DNA of 64,000 nucleotides from a virus. The stretch covers positions 2,751 to 66,750 of IMG/VR virus record IMGVR_UViG_3300032304_000650, one strand, 5' to 3'. Shown here in pieces: positions 46,356 to 56,109 of the stretch. The notes beneath the pieces were generated by a model. It had not been told where the DNA came from and ran no database searches. It saw only the letters and a list, made by a program, of their open reading frames with translations. A program made the translations under genes and the position numbers. Position 1 is the first letter of the stretch. Every line of letters begins with the position of its first letter.

Positions 46356-48665
46356 TTATTCAGCTTGGTTCATTTCTTCTTGCTCTTGTACCATTTGTTG
46401 CTGCTGTTGTGCAATCTGCATTTCCATCTCTGCTTGCTGTTTCTTTGCAAAGAATGCATCAACAACCTCTTTCATTTCTACACTAAGAGGTCTTCCTAAT
46501 TCATATGATTTAAGTAATGCTAGTTGTACAAACTCTTGCTCTGAAAGGTCTTGCTTCATTTTCATCTCTGTTGTAACAATATTCAGTTTACCTTGAGACT
46601 CTAATTGTTGAAGCTGTGCATCAGCTTGAGCTTTTACTTGTATTGATTGTTGTTGAACTTGCGCATTCATTTCTGAGTTTCTTTGCGCCTTCTCCATTTC
46701 TACCTTTTCCTTATTCTTTTTAGCCTTTGCCATGTACATTTCAGCAAGCTTAGTATTTTTAATACTTCTTATTCTAAATGCATCTTCAAATTCAAGTACT
46801 CCAGCAGACAATGAAGTTTGAATCATAGCCTCTAAGAATTGTCTTTCTCTCTCGTCTGGCATTACTTCAATCTTAACATCAAATTGTCTTCCTTTAACAG
46901 CTTCTGGACTTAAGTATTCTTCGTACTGCTTTCCTCCGTATAATACAGAATCATAAAGTAATAATGAAATCTTAAATGCTGTTTGTTGATACAAGTTTAA
47001 GTATGCATCGTATATAAAGTCAGTAGCATTATTAGATGCTTGAATTTGAGCCTGTTGCACACCTAGACCTAATTTTGGATTAACTCCAGAACCTTCTCTA
47101 TACTCATTAACGCCAATCTCATCACGTAGTCTATCTAAATAGTGGTTATAAACCATTATTAATTGTTGAATCTGACTTACGCTTCCAGAATTAGGCGCTT
47201 CTTGAATAGGAAGTCCATTCATTTGGTCTCCGTCTTCTGTCCTACGTCTATAGTAGATATTACCAGTTTGGTCATATACAGCTTGAAGCTCAAGTGGACT
47301 TAAGGCTTTAGCTTGTCCAATATTAATATCTGATAATGAGTCAATATCTATAATTAAACCCGATGGTCTAAGCTTAGCAATTAACTGTTGAATCTTCAAG
47401 TGAGCTAAAGTCATCTGGCGAATAGAAGTTTCCATTCTTTCAGGAATAGCCATATTCTCCAAATCTAAGTTCTCGTGCATGTAAACACTATAGCTAAAAT
47501 ATACATCAGCAATCTCTTTTGCAACAGATGGCTTAATCATATTTTTAGCAATACCCCACTCAAGCATAATGTCACTATTCAATACATATACGCCTCTATA
47601 TATTACGTACATGTCTTTTGCTATAGATTCTTTATTGTCAGCTTGACCATTTGGAGTTTTTGTTTTTCTATCTACAGCTACAAGATTGCCATATTTATTT
47701 GTCTTAGCTTGATAAACAACGTTATCTATAGTCTTAACCTCATAATCAAGTACATCAACAGACCAATCATCATATGGTCTATCTATAGTACTTCTAAACA
47801 TCTCATTCCATTTAACAGCCTGAGTATATTGCTTAGATTTCATTGCGATTTGCCATATTTTTTCTTCTGGCATATCTGGGTAGTTGTTTCTAATGTCCAC
47901 TATCTTCATAGATAGTATCTCCCCTATAAATGAAACATCTCTAAAGTCATCATATTGAGAAAACCCGTAGAATCCATTTTCTGGAACTACTCTTCTTACA
48001 TTAATTTTTCCGTTAGGGCCTACTGAAACTTTAGTAGCTCCGTATCCAACTTCTGCTATATCTTCTAAAATCTTACGCTTGATAACAGGCCATCCATTTT
48101 CATGGAATACATAATCACAGCCTTTTTCAAATAAAATCTCTTCTGGTAATTGATATTCTAATCCAAAGTATAATTCTAATTCATCATAATCTGCTGGCGT
48201 ATACTGGTTTTCTGGAATTAACTTAGTACCAGTCTGTTGCTCCATTTGCTTAACCTCTTCTCCAAAGTTCATTCTAAACTCAGCATCGTCTCTATCGTAT
48301 TGTTTTCTTTCTACTGATACTGGGTCTATTGCAGATGCTTTTACCTTCTCATCCCTCTTCATAAATCCGCCTATAATAACCTGCATAAACTTAGGAGCTA
48401 TAGCAGGGGCTTTCATATCAAGATTGACAAAAGCTTCTTTCCCGTCTACGTTTAACAAATCTAAAAACTCTTGCATAGGCTGTCTACCTCTTGCAAACTT
48501 TCTATTTTTATCAAACTTTTTATTACGAGTAGTGTAGTAACCACTATTGTATGCTTTTTGCAAGAATTTAGATATTTTCAATCCTTCTTGCATGTCTCTT
48601 TTTAGCTTAGAGTTTCCTAAATGGAAATTAAGCAATTCTCTTGATGTTTCTTTATTGTCGCTCAT
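46356..48665 (-). CDS. portal protein
   Basis: 769 aa after TerL; ARG.Q....F, PKF, HLKIQQ.IAK..P.G..ID, Y.QTG, IRDEIG.NE.R.G-type motifs. Confidence 0.88.
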   Translation of the reverse strand: MSDNKETSRELLNFHLGNSKLKRDMQEGLKISKFLQKAYNSGYYTTRNKKFDKNRKFARGRQPMQEFLDLLNVDGKEAFVNLDMKAPAIAPKFMQVIIGGFMKRDEKVKASAIDPVSVERKQYDRDDAEFRMNFGEEVKQMEQQTGTKLIPENQYTPADYDELELYFGLEYQLPEEILFEKGCDYVFHENGWPVIKRKILEDIAEVGYGATKVSVGPNGKINVRRVVPENGFYGFSQYDDFRDVSFIGEILSMKIVDIRNNYPDMPEEKIWQIAMKSKQYTQAVKWNEMFRSTIDRPYDDWSVDVLDYEVKTIDNVVYQAKTNKYGNLVAVDRKTKTPNGQADNKESIAKDMYVIYRGVYVLNSDIMLEWGIAKNMIKPSVAKEIADVYFSYSVYMHENLDLENMAIPERMETSIRQMTLAHLKIQQLIAKLRPSGLIIDIDSLSDINIGQAKALSPLELQAVYDQTGNIYYRRRTEDGDQMNGLPIQEAPNSGSVSQIQQLIMVYNHYLDRLRDEIGVNEYREGSGVNPKLGLGVQQAQIQASNNATDFIYDAYLNLYQQTAFKISLLLYDSVLYGGKQYEEYLSPEAVKGRQFDVKIEVMPDERERQFLEAMIQTSLSAGVLEFEDAFRIRSIKNTKLAEMYMAKAKKNKEKVEMEKAQRNSEMNAQVQQQSIQVKAQADAQLQQLESQGKLNIVTTEMKMKQDLSEQEFVQLALLKSYELGRPLSVEMKEVVDAFFAKKQQAEMEMQIAQQQQQMVQEQEEMNQAE

Positions 48666-48691
48666 AATTATAGCAAAAGTACAAAAATAGA

Positions 48692-50719
48692 TTACACGGT
48701 AATCTTATATGTTTTTAATGGTAAAGAATGAAGTTTTATGTCCTCCTTTTCGCTTTCCAAAGATACGCCAGAAAGTAGACTAATCATAAATGCCACACTT
48801 CGGTCAAATGGTGTACGATTTTCATGGTCATATGCTAGCAACTCCTCCAGCAAATCCGAAAAGTATATTTTTCTACAATGACTCTCTATATAAGATATAC
48901 AGGTATCCAATTGCCTAGCCATAGCAAAGCTATCTCCAGAAGCTACCCCATATTTTTTAGGGCCACCTTGCCTTCTTTTGTGCCTGTCAACAGCAGCATC
49001 TGGCGTTCTTAATAGATAAGACTTGAATCCCTTATTCTGGAAATAGTCAACAAAGTCATCACCTACGTCATTCTCGTAACATGCCTTATATCCGTAAAAC
49101 ACGGATGCTTTTAGCATTTCGTCATGAAACAAACTCTTAAGTCTTGGCCTTCCTACGTACTCAGCTACTGGCATACCTGTATTTTCTGGGTCTTTCATAT
49201 CTAGCTTCTCAAACACGTAGCATGTTCCCATTGAACCCTTACCGCTAATAACAGAGGACTTAAATGGGTCAATCCCGCTTGAGTATATGTGATTATTAGC
49301 TGGAGACTTTGAGCCGTTAATTTCAACAGACTTATTTTGCATGTCTTTTGCAGGAAACTTATGTATCAGCCAAGAACCTTCTTTGTCATCAACCCAGTCT
49401 ACAGTCCTATTGTCTTTCCAAAAAAACCTTACCCTTCTCATTGGCGCTTTTTCTTCTTTAAGGAAGTCTAGCTGGTTATATATGTTTTCTGCATTAAAAT
49501 AGCATTTTTTAGAATCAATCATAAAAGCCTCGTTTTCATCAAACGGGTTCATACGAATCTCCTCCGATAACTGCTGTTTATCTGTTATTAGTTTTCTTTG
49601 TGATAGCAAATATTCTTTGCTGCCCATTTCAATCTTAATTCCAAACTTCTCGTATATAAACTTCTTTTGCTTTTCAGTAGGTGCATCTATAATAGATTTA
49701 CCATACTCATCTATAAATCCTTCGTATCCATCATATGCTGGACAGAAATATCTATAAAGACCAGAAGCGGTCATAGCATTTTCAAATTGGTTAGACGAAT
49801 CGTATAAGCTTTTATAAGGCTCACCTCCAGACTTAGCGTCATTGGCAGTAGATGGTATAAGGCAGAATCCAACCTTTATAGCACCACGACCCATTGTCTT
49901 TTTAACGATAGGCCAGTATTGGTTAACAGATACATCTTTAGGCCACTTACCAGCCTCATCCATTAGTAGCGCAGTAACACGCCCAGAATCATACGAGTTA
50001 AGGGCAGTGTTTTTGAAATTAATCTTTGACTCAAGGCCAATGTCATCATCAAATATCTTTCCCTTCTCCCTGCTCTTAGCCTTCTTTTTATCCTTCTTTT
50101 TCTTAAATACAAGTTCTGTTTTAGTCTCTTCATCTTCTGCTCTCGGTTTTAGGAATATCGGTAAATTACGATACCCGTTCATTACCATGTATACGAATGC
50201 ATCACTAGCATCCTTTCCCGTCTTTGATATAATACCACAGAATGACTTACGTTTAGTTATAGCCTTCCATACCAGGTATGCAGTAGCTTGCGATGTAGCA
50301 CCCTCACGACGCTTCTTAATCCTTACTATACCAAAACAGTATGGCAGTGATTCTGCATGCTCTTGGAAATAGAAATACTTTCTATCTACATCTCTATAGT
50401 CTGGGTTTGAGCCATCCTCTAGTGTCCAGTAGTTTAAATAAAAATAATGCAACCCTGTAATATAGGTTGCCTCTCCATCGTTATAAAACCAGTATCCGTT
50501 GTATATGCGACCCATTTCCTGAATAACAAAGTCACGTTGCTGGTCGTTGTATATAGGTGTGCCCTCTTCATCAAATTCTAGTTCATCAAAATAGTCTGGT
50601 ATATCAATTTTGTAAAATTTTTGGTCATCCTTATCTAAGTCAAAGTTTTCTATTAGAGAACTTTCTGGTATTTCTGGAAACTTATATTTAATTCCGTATA
50701 CTTCTATTGATTTAGCCAT
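48692..50719 (-). CDS. terL: terminase large subunit
   Basis: YITGLHYFYL, KKRREGAT (Walker A variant), LLMDEAGKW (Walker B), GIDPF nuclease motif. Confidence 0.92.
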   Translation of the reverse strand: MAKSIEVYGIKYKFPEIPESSLIENFDLDKDDQKFYKIDIPDYFDELEFDEEGTPIYNDQQRDFVIQEMGRIYNGYWFYNDGEATYITGLHYFYLNYWTLEDGSNPDYRDVDRKYFYFQEHAESLPYCFGIVRIKKRREGATSQATAYLVWKAITKRKSFCGIISKTGKDASDAFVYMVMNGYRNLPIFLKPRAEDEETKTELVFKKKKDKKKAKSREKGKIFDDDIGLESKINFKNTALNSYDSGRVTALLMDEAGKWPKDVSVNQYWPIVKKTMGRGAIKVGFCLIPSTANDAKSGGEPYKSLYDSSNQFENAMTASGLYRYFCPAYDGYEGFIDEYGKSIIDAPTEKQKKFIYEKFGIKIEMGSKEYLLSQRKLITDKQQLSEEIRMNPFDENEAFMIDSKKCYFNAENIYNQLDFLKEEKAPMRRVRFFWKDNRTVDWVDDKEGSWLIHKFPAKDMQNKSVEINGSKSPANNHIYSSGIDPFKSSVISGKGSMGTCYVFEKLDMKDPENTGMPVAEYVGRPRLKSLFHDEMLKASVFYGYKACYENDVGDDFVDYFQNKGFKSYLLRTPDAAVDRHKRRQGGPKKYGVASGDSFAMARQLDTCISYIESHCRKIYFSDLLEELLAYDHENRTPFDRSVAFMISLLSGVSLESEKEDIKLHSLPLKTYKITV

Positions 50720-51330
50720 TACTCAAATTGTTTTTTAGTAAACTTGTCAATTTTTTCAAACATATTTAACCCAGTCCCAGTTAGTGCAAATATCTTTATA
50801 CTAGCATCTCTATTCTCAAGAGCTACTATATATCCCTTCTTTGCCATCCTATTGTTTATAGCATAAAAGTTATATTGCATATCTGCGCAATCCCTTTTAA
50901 AGTCTCTCATAGAATAAAAGTTATATGTCCCAGCCCAAAGCAAAAAGGAGCATTCTACTAAAGATAGCTTAGTTATACTAGAAACTGTATTCATCTTAGC
51001 TAAGAATGTATACATATCTATAATTCTGCCATCCCTTTCTTTTACCTTGGCAAGCGCTTTTTCGTATGCACTGTTTCTAGCTTGTACAACTTTTGTCCTA
51101 ATATGCCTTTGTAGATTATTTATATGCTTGTCCTTACCGTATACCTTTTGCTTCTCTTTAAACAGCTTATAACTAAGTTTGTCGTACTTCTCGTTCTTGT
51201 TTTTAATTACACGACTTTTAGTGTCTTTAGAGCTTTCGTGCAGTCTTTTTAATCTAAGAACTTCCTCTTTAGTAGACTTGTACGCTTCGTATAATTCCTT
51301 CCAAGTGCTGTTCTTTGTTATGTATTTCAT
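50719..51330 (-). CDS. coiled-coil protein with C-terminal winged-helix-like domain
   Basis: Basic coiled coil then ...KKGYI...FALTGTG (MarR-like end). Confidence 0.55.
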   Translation of the reverse strand: MKYITKNSTWKELYEAYKSTKEEVLRLKRLHESSKDTKSRVIKNKNEKYDKLSYKLFKEKQKVYGKDKHINNLQRHIRTKVVQARNSAYEKALAKVKERDGRIIDMYTFLAKMNTVSSITKLSLVECSFLLWAGTYNFYSMRDFKRDCADMQYNFYAINNRMAKKGYIVALENRDASIKIFALTGTGLNMFEKIDKFTKKQFE

Positions 51331-51620
51331 TTAACAAGTTGTTCTATTAAAGGCTTGCTTCTTGATTTATCTTTTTCCTCGTCTCCAGTAAGCGCGTTGT
51401 CAATTTTAAGCTTTTTCATAACGTCGTTTATGTCACCTACGCTATTAAAAAACTTCATAACCCTTTCCATAGTCCCGTCATTCTTATCTGACAGCTCTAA
51501 TACAGATAGGTCTGTGTTGTTTAGCATGCTGGTTATTTCGTTAAGCTTTCTATTTAAAGCATAATAAGCTCCTACAATACCATCTTGTTCGTACAGTTTT
51601 AGTTTTTCTTTATCGGTCAT
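51327..51620 (-). CDS. hypothetical protein, possible terminase small subunit
   Basis: Helical, about 97 aa, two genes upstream of TerL; function inferred from position only. Confidence 0.45.
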   Translation of the reverse strand: MTDKEKLKLYEQDGIVGAYYALNRKLNEITSMLNNTDLSVLELSDKNDGTMERVMKFFNSVGDINDVMKKLKIDNALTGDEEKDKSRSKPLIEQLVK

Positions 51621-52210
51621 ACAGTTTCTTTTGCTAAACAATCGGAATACCTAAGTCTTATTGCAGTTTCAACAACCCCGTTTACGTTATGGGTCATCTC
51701 GTAGTCTGAATGGATGTATGTTATAGCAATATCACCTACTTCAAAGTCAGTTATTGAGTCAGACTTTGCTAAAATCTTTAATTTGTTGGGTATTTTTACT
51801 TTTTCTGCCTCAAATACGCTAGATTGCTCTACATATATCCTTTCTGCGAGCATAAATCCGTCTATTGGAATTAATTTTCCTTCAATTACGCCAAAGTATA
51901 CGAATATCCCTTCAACAGAAAAGAGTTTGTAACCGTGTGGGATACGTTTGTCTGTAAGTTCAGATTCCTCACGCATGCTATTGTGGTGTGCCAGTACATG
52001 TGTTCCTGCTTTTAAGTTTTTGTAATCGGTTAATAAGACTCCTTGGGTGAAATTAGTGACACGGCTATCCCATGAATACTCATTAGCCATGTAAAGTTGA
52101 CCTTTAGTTCCGTCTTCTTTTGTAAATGAGTGTGTTTCTTTTTCATCAACGTCAACTAGTACTATGACGCGATTGCCAACAGGCCGAATTTTGTTGTACA
52201 GTTCTTTCAT
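51617..52210 (-). CDS. GroES-like co-chaperonin-domain protein
   Basis: IRPVGNRVIV N-terminus and a second PIDGFMLAE...VGD repeat. Confidence 0.6.
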   Translation of the reverse strand: MKELYNKIRPVGNRVIVLVDVDEKETHSFTKEDGTKGQLYMANEYSWDSRVTNFTQGVLLTDYKNLKAGTHVLAHHNSMREESELTDKRIPHGYKLFSVEGIFVYFGVIEGKLIPIDGFMLAERIYVEQSSVFEAEKVKIPNKLKILAKSDSITDFEVGDIAITYIHSDYEMTHNVNGVVETAIRLRYSDCLAKETV

Positions 52211-52256
52211 TTGCTTTGGTTATTCGCAAATATACGCAGATATTCGTATTTGTATC

Positions 52257-52562
52257 CTATTTAAATCGTTCTCCTTTGCCAGATGTTCTACCAGAGCGGT
52301 ATACTTGAGAACTTTTAGACCATAGATGATGATAAGCCCACCATCCTGGAGTCAACTTAGATGCGTTTGCAGATTTTGCATGACGGCTTCTATAGTTTTT
52401 TCTTGCTTCAGCAGAATAATTAGAGGAGTAGCCTTTAGCCCCAAATCTTACGATACGAACTTTATCGCCTTCTTTAGCAAGTACAACCTTTTTATGCGTT
52501 CCATCGGTAGCATTTTTAGGTTTATTGTACCCAGCAAATTTTTCTCCTCTATATTCTACCAT
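52257..52562 (-). CDS. basic protein (DUF5754-like)
   Basis: KK..VL......RIVRFGA.GYS......RKNYRSRH......PGWW. Confidence 0.65.
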   Translation of the reverse strand: MVEYRGEKFAGYNKPKNATDGTHKKVVLAKEGDKVRIVRFGAKGYSSNYSAEARKNYRSRHAKSANASKLTPGWWAYHHLWSKSSQVYRSGRTSGKGERFK

Positions 52563-52696
52563 TTCCCTGTCTTTAATTTTTTAAAGTCTTTAGCAGACAC
52601 AGTTGATTTACTTTTAGGCTTAGATGTTCCAGCCTTTTTCTTAGCGTTGATGTTATTCACTAAGCTGTTCTTTACTCCTAGTTTATTTACTTTCAT
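52556..52696 (-). CDS. 46-aa Lys-rich peptide (not in ORF track)
   Basis: MKVNKLGVKNSLVNNINAKKKAGTSKPKSKSTVSAKDFKKLKTGKW. Confidence 0.65.
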   Translation of the reverse strand: MKVNKLGVKNSLVNNINAKKKAGTSKPKSKSTVSAKDFKKLKTGKW

Positions 52697-52697
52697 A

Positions 52698-52826
52698 TTA
52701 TCTTCCTTGGCCGCGGTAAGTTTTTGGCTTACCTACGTGTTTATTATAAGTTTTTTTAGCAGCACCTGTCTTGCGCTTACCAAAAGAAATTTTTACGCTA
52801 CCTCCAGCTGATTTAAGCTTTGCCAT
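52698..52826 (-). CDS. 42-aa basic peptide ending YRGQGR (not in ORF track)
   Basis: MAKLKSAGGSVKISFGKRKTGAAKKTYNKHVGKPKTYRGQGR. Confidence 0.7.
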   Translation of the reverse strand: MAKLKSAGGSVKISFGKRKTGAAKKTYNKHVGKPKTYRGQGR

Positions 52827-52827
52827 T

Positions 52828-53496
52828 TTATTTATTTGTATTAACAAATGGGTTGTTTATAAATAGAGCACTTGCTCCTCTTTCTTTTGAACCTTGTCCT
52901 GTTTTAGTAGAACGTATAAAACCTCTGTTCTTAAACATTTGTTTTTTTAATGCCTCATCATAAGAAGCCTTATCTTTAAAATAGTAAGTATCCTGACCAC
53001 CTTCTTTATTGTCATCTCTCCATGTAAAACTATATTCAGTCTTTTTGTCTTCTTGTTTTGGAGGAACTTCTTGCTTAGGTTTTTCTTTTGGCTTTGGCTC
53101 TTCTTTAGGTGTAGTGTTTTCTACTGCATTCATTATCTCAAATGTTCTAGCACCTAATATACCATCTGCAAGCGTACCTGCTTTTGGCATACCATACTTA
53201 TTCATCATATTTTGAATAACCTTTTTACCCTCTGGAGTTGATTCCAAATATGCTATTTGAGCTTTCTGAAAATCTTTATTTGACGTAGTAGGGAAATTAT
53301 ATTTACTTGCATAATCAAGCAATGTTTCTTCTGTAAGTCCAGATTCAGTAAAGGCGTTACTTCTACCTGTAGGAGTTTTTTCTACACCACCTCCATAAAC
53401 AGAAAGTCCTGTTCCTTTTACTTTTTTAGATTTAGGAGTTGGCTCTTGTCTAGCCATTTTATCAACAACGATTTGATGTATTCTAGCTAAATCCAT
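52828..53496 (-). CDS. hypothetical protein with peptidoglycan-binding-like motif
   Basis: FQ......ADGILGART resembles the PG_binding_1 DG..G..T motif; P/K/E linker. Confidence 0.5.
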   Translation of the reverse strand: MDLARIHQIVVDKMARQEPTPKSKKVKGTGLSVYGGGVEKTPTGRSNAFTESGLTEETLLDYASKYNFPTTSNKDFQKAQIAYLESTPEGKKVIQNMMNKYGMPKAGTLADGILGARTFEIMNAVENTTPKEEPKPKEKPKQEVPPKQEDKKTEYSFTWRDDNKEGGQDTYYFKDKASYDEALKKQMFKNRGFIRSTKTGQGSKERGASALFINNPFVNTNK

Positions 53497-53497
53497 A

Positions 53498-53785
53498 TTA
53501 GTACATGTTTTTTAACTTACTCTTAGACTTATCAAGAGCAGATTTTATTTTAGCTCTATCAATAGCATTGATTAGACGAGGTCTTCTTGGGTCGTTGATT
53601 GTCATCTCTTTCTCAACGTACATTTTACCTTTGCCTCTTTCAGCAGCTTCTGCTTCAGCTCTTGTCTCTTGTTTTATTCTAGGGCCATTCTTTTTAAAGT
53701 CTTCTTGAAATTCTTTATTCATAGCATCGCTATTATCAGGTCTGCCCATTTCGCCTACTTTCTTTTTCTTTGGAGGTATTTGCAT
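53498..53785 (-). CDS. hypothetical basic protein
   Basis: 95-aa ORF tightly packed in the operon. Confidence 0.6.
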   Translation of the reverse strand: MQIPPKKKKVGEMGRPDNSDAMNKEFQEDFKKNGPRIKQETRAEAEAAERGKGKMYVEKEMTINDPRRPRLINAIDRAKIKSALDKSKSKLKNMY

Positions 53786-53786
53786 A

Positions 53787-54035
53787 TTATTTTTTCTTTT
53801 TAGCTGTTTTAGTAGCTGGTTTTTTAGTTTCTATTTTCTTAAGTGTTTTGTTCTTAGTATCTTTTTTCTTTCTAGGCTTCTTAACTTCATCAAGTGCCTT
53901 GATTGTACTTTCTGCTATTCTCTCAACTTCCGCTTTTTCCTCGGCAGTTAAGTTACTCTGCTTTACATAGTCAGTAGGAACGTATTCCCATTTCTTTCCA
54001 AACAGATTTTTAAAGAATTCAATTATCTTTTTCAT
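53787..54035 (-). CDS. Lys-rich histone-tail-like protein
   Basis: Amphipathic N-terminus and KKP/TK-rich C-terminus. Confidence 0.65.
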   Translation of the reverse strand: MKKIIEFFKNLFGKKWEYVPTDYVKQSNLTAEEKAEVERIAESTIKALDEVKKPRKKKDTKNKTLKKIETKKPATKTAKKKK

Positions 54036-54049
54036 ATGTACAAAAGTAG

Positions 54050-54670
54050 TTATTTCTTAGAATAGTTTTCAACTATGTATTTTAATACCCCTTCTGGTAG
54101 TTTACGGTATGATTTCTTAAACCCAGTTGGTATCATTTCCATTAGCTTCTTGTCGTAGTATATCCCAGTAGGAAACCTTTTTATATATGGTATAACAGCG
54201 TAACTATACAAATAAGCATTAGCTTTCTGTACATAATCCTGTACGTTTATTGGTAAGCCCCACTTCTTTATCTTTTCAACAACCCTCATTTCGCAATCCT
54301 TCTCTAGCTCTACCATGTCATCAATGACTTTAGATAGCTGTGTCTTGTTCATGATAACAGAACCATCTAGCCAACCCCATAGTTTACCACATGCTATACT
54401 CCACTTGTCCCACCTATCGTCAGATTTCCACTGCTCCATATGACAGAACTCGTGAACCAGTATTTGCATCCAGTCTTCTACTGGCTTGCCGCATGCTACT
54501 ACCAATACTTTTTCTTCCCCCTCAAAATACCCACTACATTCCTGTACAAAGTCGTCCGTTAAGACAACTTGTTTAGAAGGAGATAACATTAACTCTACTC
54601 CGTATGTTTTACACTGTCTTTTTACAGATGCCATGAATGGCTTAAACTCTTCTGGTATGTTGTATTTCAT
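54050..54670 (-). CDS. zincin-like metallopeptidase
   Basis: ILVHEFCH.EQW with downstream E.DCE. Confidence 0.7.
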   Translation of the reverse strand: MKYNIPEEFKPFMASVKRQCKTYGVELMLSPSKQVVLTDDFVQECSGYFEGEEKVLVVACGKPVEDWMQILVHEFCHMEQWKSDDRWDKWSIACGKLWGWLDGSVIMNKTQLSKVIDDMVELEKDCEMRVVEKIKKWGLPINVQDYVQKANAYLYSYAVIPYIKRFPTGIYYDKKLMEMIPTGFKKSYRKLPEGVLKYIVENYSKK

Positions 54671-54728
54671 AGAGACCCAAAGTTAAGCTAGTATTGGATT
54701 TGAACAAATTCCCGCATCGTAAGGGTAT

Positions 54729-55187
54729 CTATAATAGCCTTAACCTATTTCCGTTGAAGAATACATTAGGATTCACCCAGAACTCTATATTAGACCCTAG
54801 CTTTTGAGCTATTATCTTATTCTCAATTAGGTCTGTTATGCCAGCCTTTATAGTATTGGGGGAAGATATACCTGTGGAGACCTGTATGTCTGGAATATGG
54901 TATACTACCGTCTGACTGAGTGGGCGTATAGTACATGCACCATAAACCAGTAGCCTCAACCCAGTACCCGTCAAATTCATTAAATCTTTAAGGTTGTCAT
55001 TAAACAGCTTTGTATAAGCCGAAGTGTCCGTTAGTGACATCTTGTTCTTAGGTATCTTCCTGACAGCGTATAGGTCATCCCCATCCTTCATTTGCCATAC
55101 CTCCTCATCGTGTTTTGTAATATAGTGACGCTCCTCTAGTCCTAGAATCTTAAATGGACTCTGTATGTACGATTCGTACTTTTTCAT
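54729..55187 (-). CDS. RepL-like winged-helix protein
   Basis: YTKLF...HTH...FWVNPNVFFNGNR C-terminal signature. Confidence 0.7.
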   Translation of the reverse strand: MKKYESYIQSPFKILGLEERHYITKHDEEVWQMKDGDDLYAVRKIPKNKMSLTDTSAYTKLFNDNLKDLMNLTGTGLRLLVYGACTIRPLSQTVVYHIPDIQVSTGISSPNTIKAGITDLIENKIIAQKLGSNIEFWVNPNVFFNGNRLRLL

Positions 55188-55474
55188 ATATTTGCTTTGC
55201 GGTTGTTAAGTACCCCAAATATACGTCATCTTGAAACTAAAAAATCAATTTGACGTATTTTTTTTACAAAAAATTGAAAAACACGTATTGATTCTCAGTT
55301 AGTTACAAGGTTTCCTTCTTATATATATTATACAGATGTATTCCATACTCTGTATCCTGTTTTACAAACAGGTTTATACGTAGATATGGCACTCTATAAA
55401 GTAAAGCTGTTACTTTACCGTATCGGCTGTTTAGTCAAGCGTTAACTTGACGTGCGGCTACCCGTCAGAAAGTA

Positions 55475-55518
55475 TGAGGTATGTGACCATGCAAATAGTG
55501 AGGTATGTAACCATGCAA
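55475..55518. repeat. tandem 20-bp direct repeat (24-bp period)
   Basis: TGAGGTATGTGACCATGCAA (55475-55494) and TGAGGTATGTAACCATGCAA (55499-55518). Confidence 0.85.
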
Positions 55519-56097
55519 GGGAACTATATATGCATAGTGGGTATAACGCCTAGGTGAAATTCAATTTCCTAGCCCGTGTACCCCATAGAAATGATTGAAA
55601 ATCAGCAAGTTATATCGTAAAAACTAACTAGATAGAAGTGATAACGCATAGCTATTATACGTATAGATAGGATGCTATAATATAAATAGTTGTCTATGCA
55701 ACTAACTTAGATTCCCTCCTCATATCAATGTTCAAACATCTAATTCATTCACCTATCACGCGCGCACATACGCGCTATATACTAACTAGGATTTTGTACC
55801 TAAATTCTCCTAGGGAACTCAGATTTTATGGGTCTAAATGTTAAAATTCCTTTAACACATTTCCTGCCATTTTAAGGCGATTCTAGCCTATCAAATCGTT
55901 TTTGAGGCAATCACCTTAGCCACCCTGAGAAAGTGGAAATTTGGGGAAATTAACAGGTCTTTAACATATACACTTTAACTTTTTCTTAACGTATGTTTTC
56001 GTATCATACGCGCATACGCGCACCCTATATCCTTATAGGGAGGCCATAAAAAAGCTTTAACAAAGTTTTAACTACCCCATCCATTGCGGTATCAAAA

Positions 56098-56105
56098 TAT
56101 CTTTG
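56098..56105 (+). promoter_or_regulatory. early promoter -7 element
   Basis: TATCTTTG(CA) at the head of the plus-strand arm; no clear -33 TTTG at canonical spacing. Confidence 0.65.
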
Positions 56106-56109
56106 CAGT

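Larger units (their letters stand above)
5896..55223 (-). promoter_or_regulatory. set of about 15 Bacteroidota -7 promoter elements (TAnnTTTG) on the late strand
   Basis: Plus-strand CAAAnnTA at 5896, 7959, 14155, 17467, 24952, 32445, 37806, 42725, 43738, 46344, 48674, 52227, 54041, 54678 and 55216, all just upstream of minus-strand starts. Confidence 0.8.

Noticed and set aside
6232-54686. Numerous plus-strand ORFs inside the late arm (e.g. 7398, 19017, 29625, 49842, 52326) and minus-strand ORFs in the early arm
   Set aside because: Antisense shadows of well-supported genes, with no motifs or leaders.
55475-55518. CRISPR mini-array
   Set aside because: Only two 20-bp units separated by 4 bp; no spacer-length sequence.
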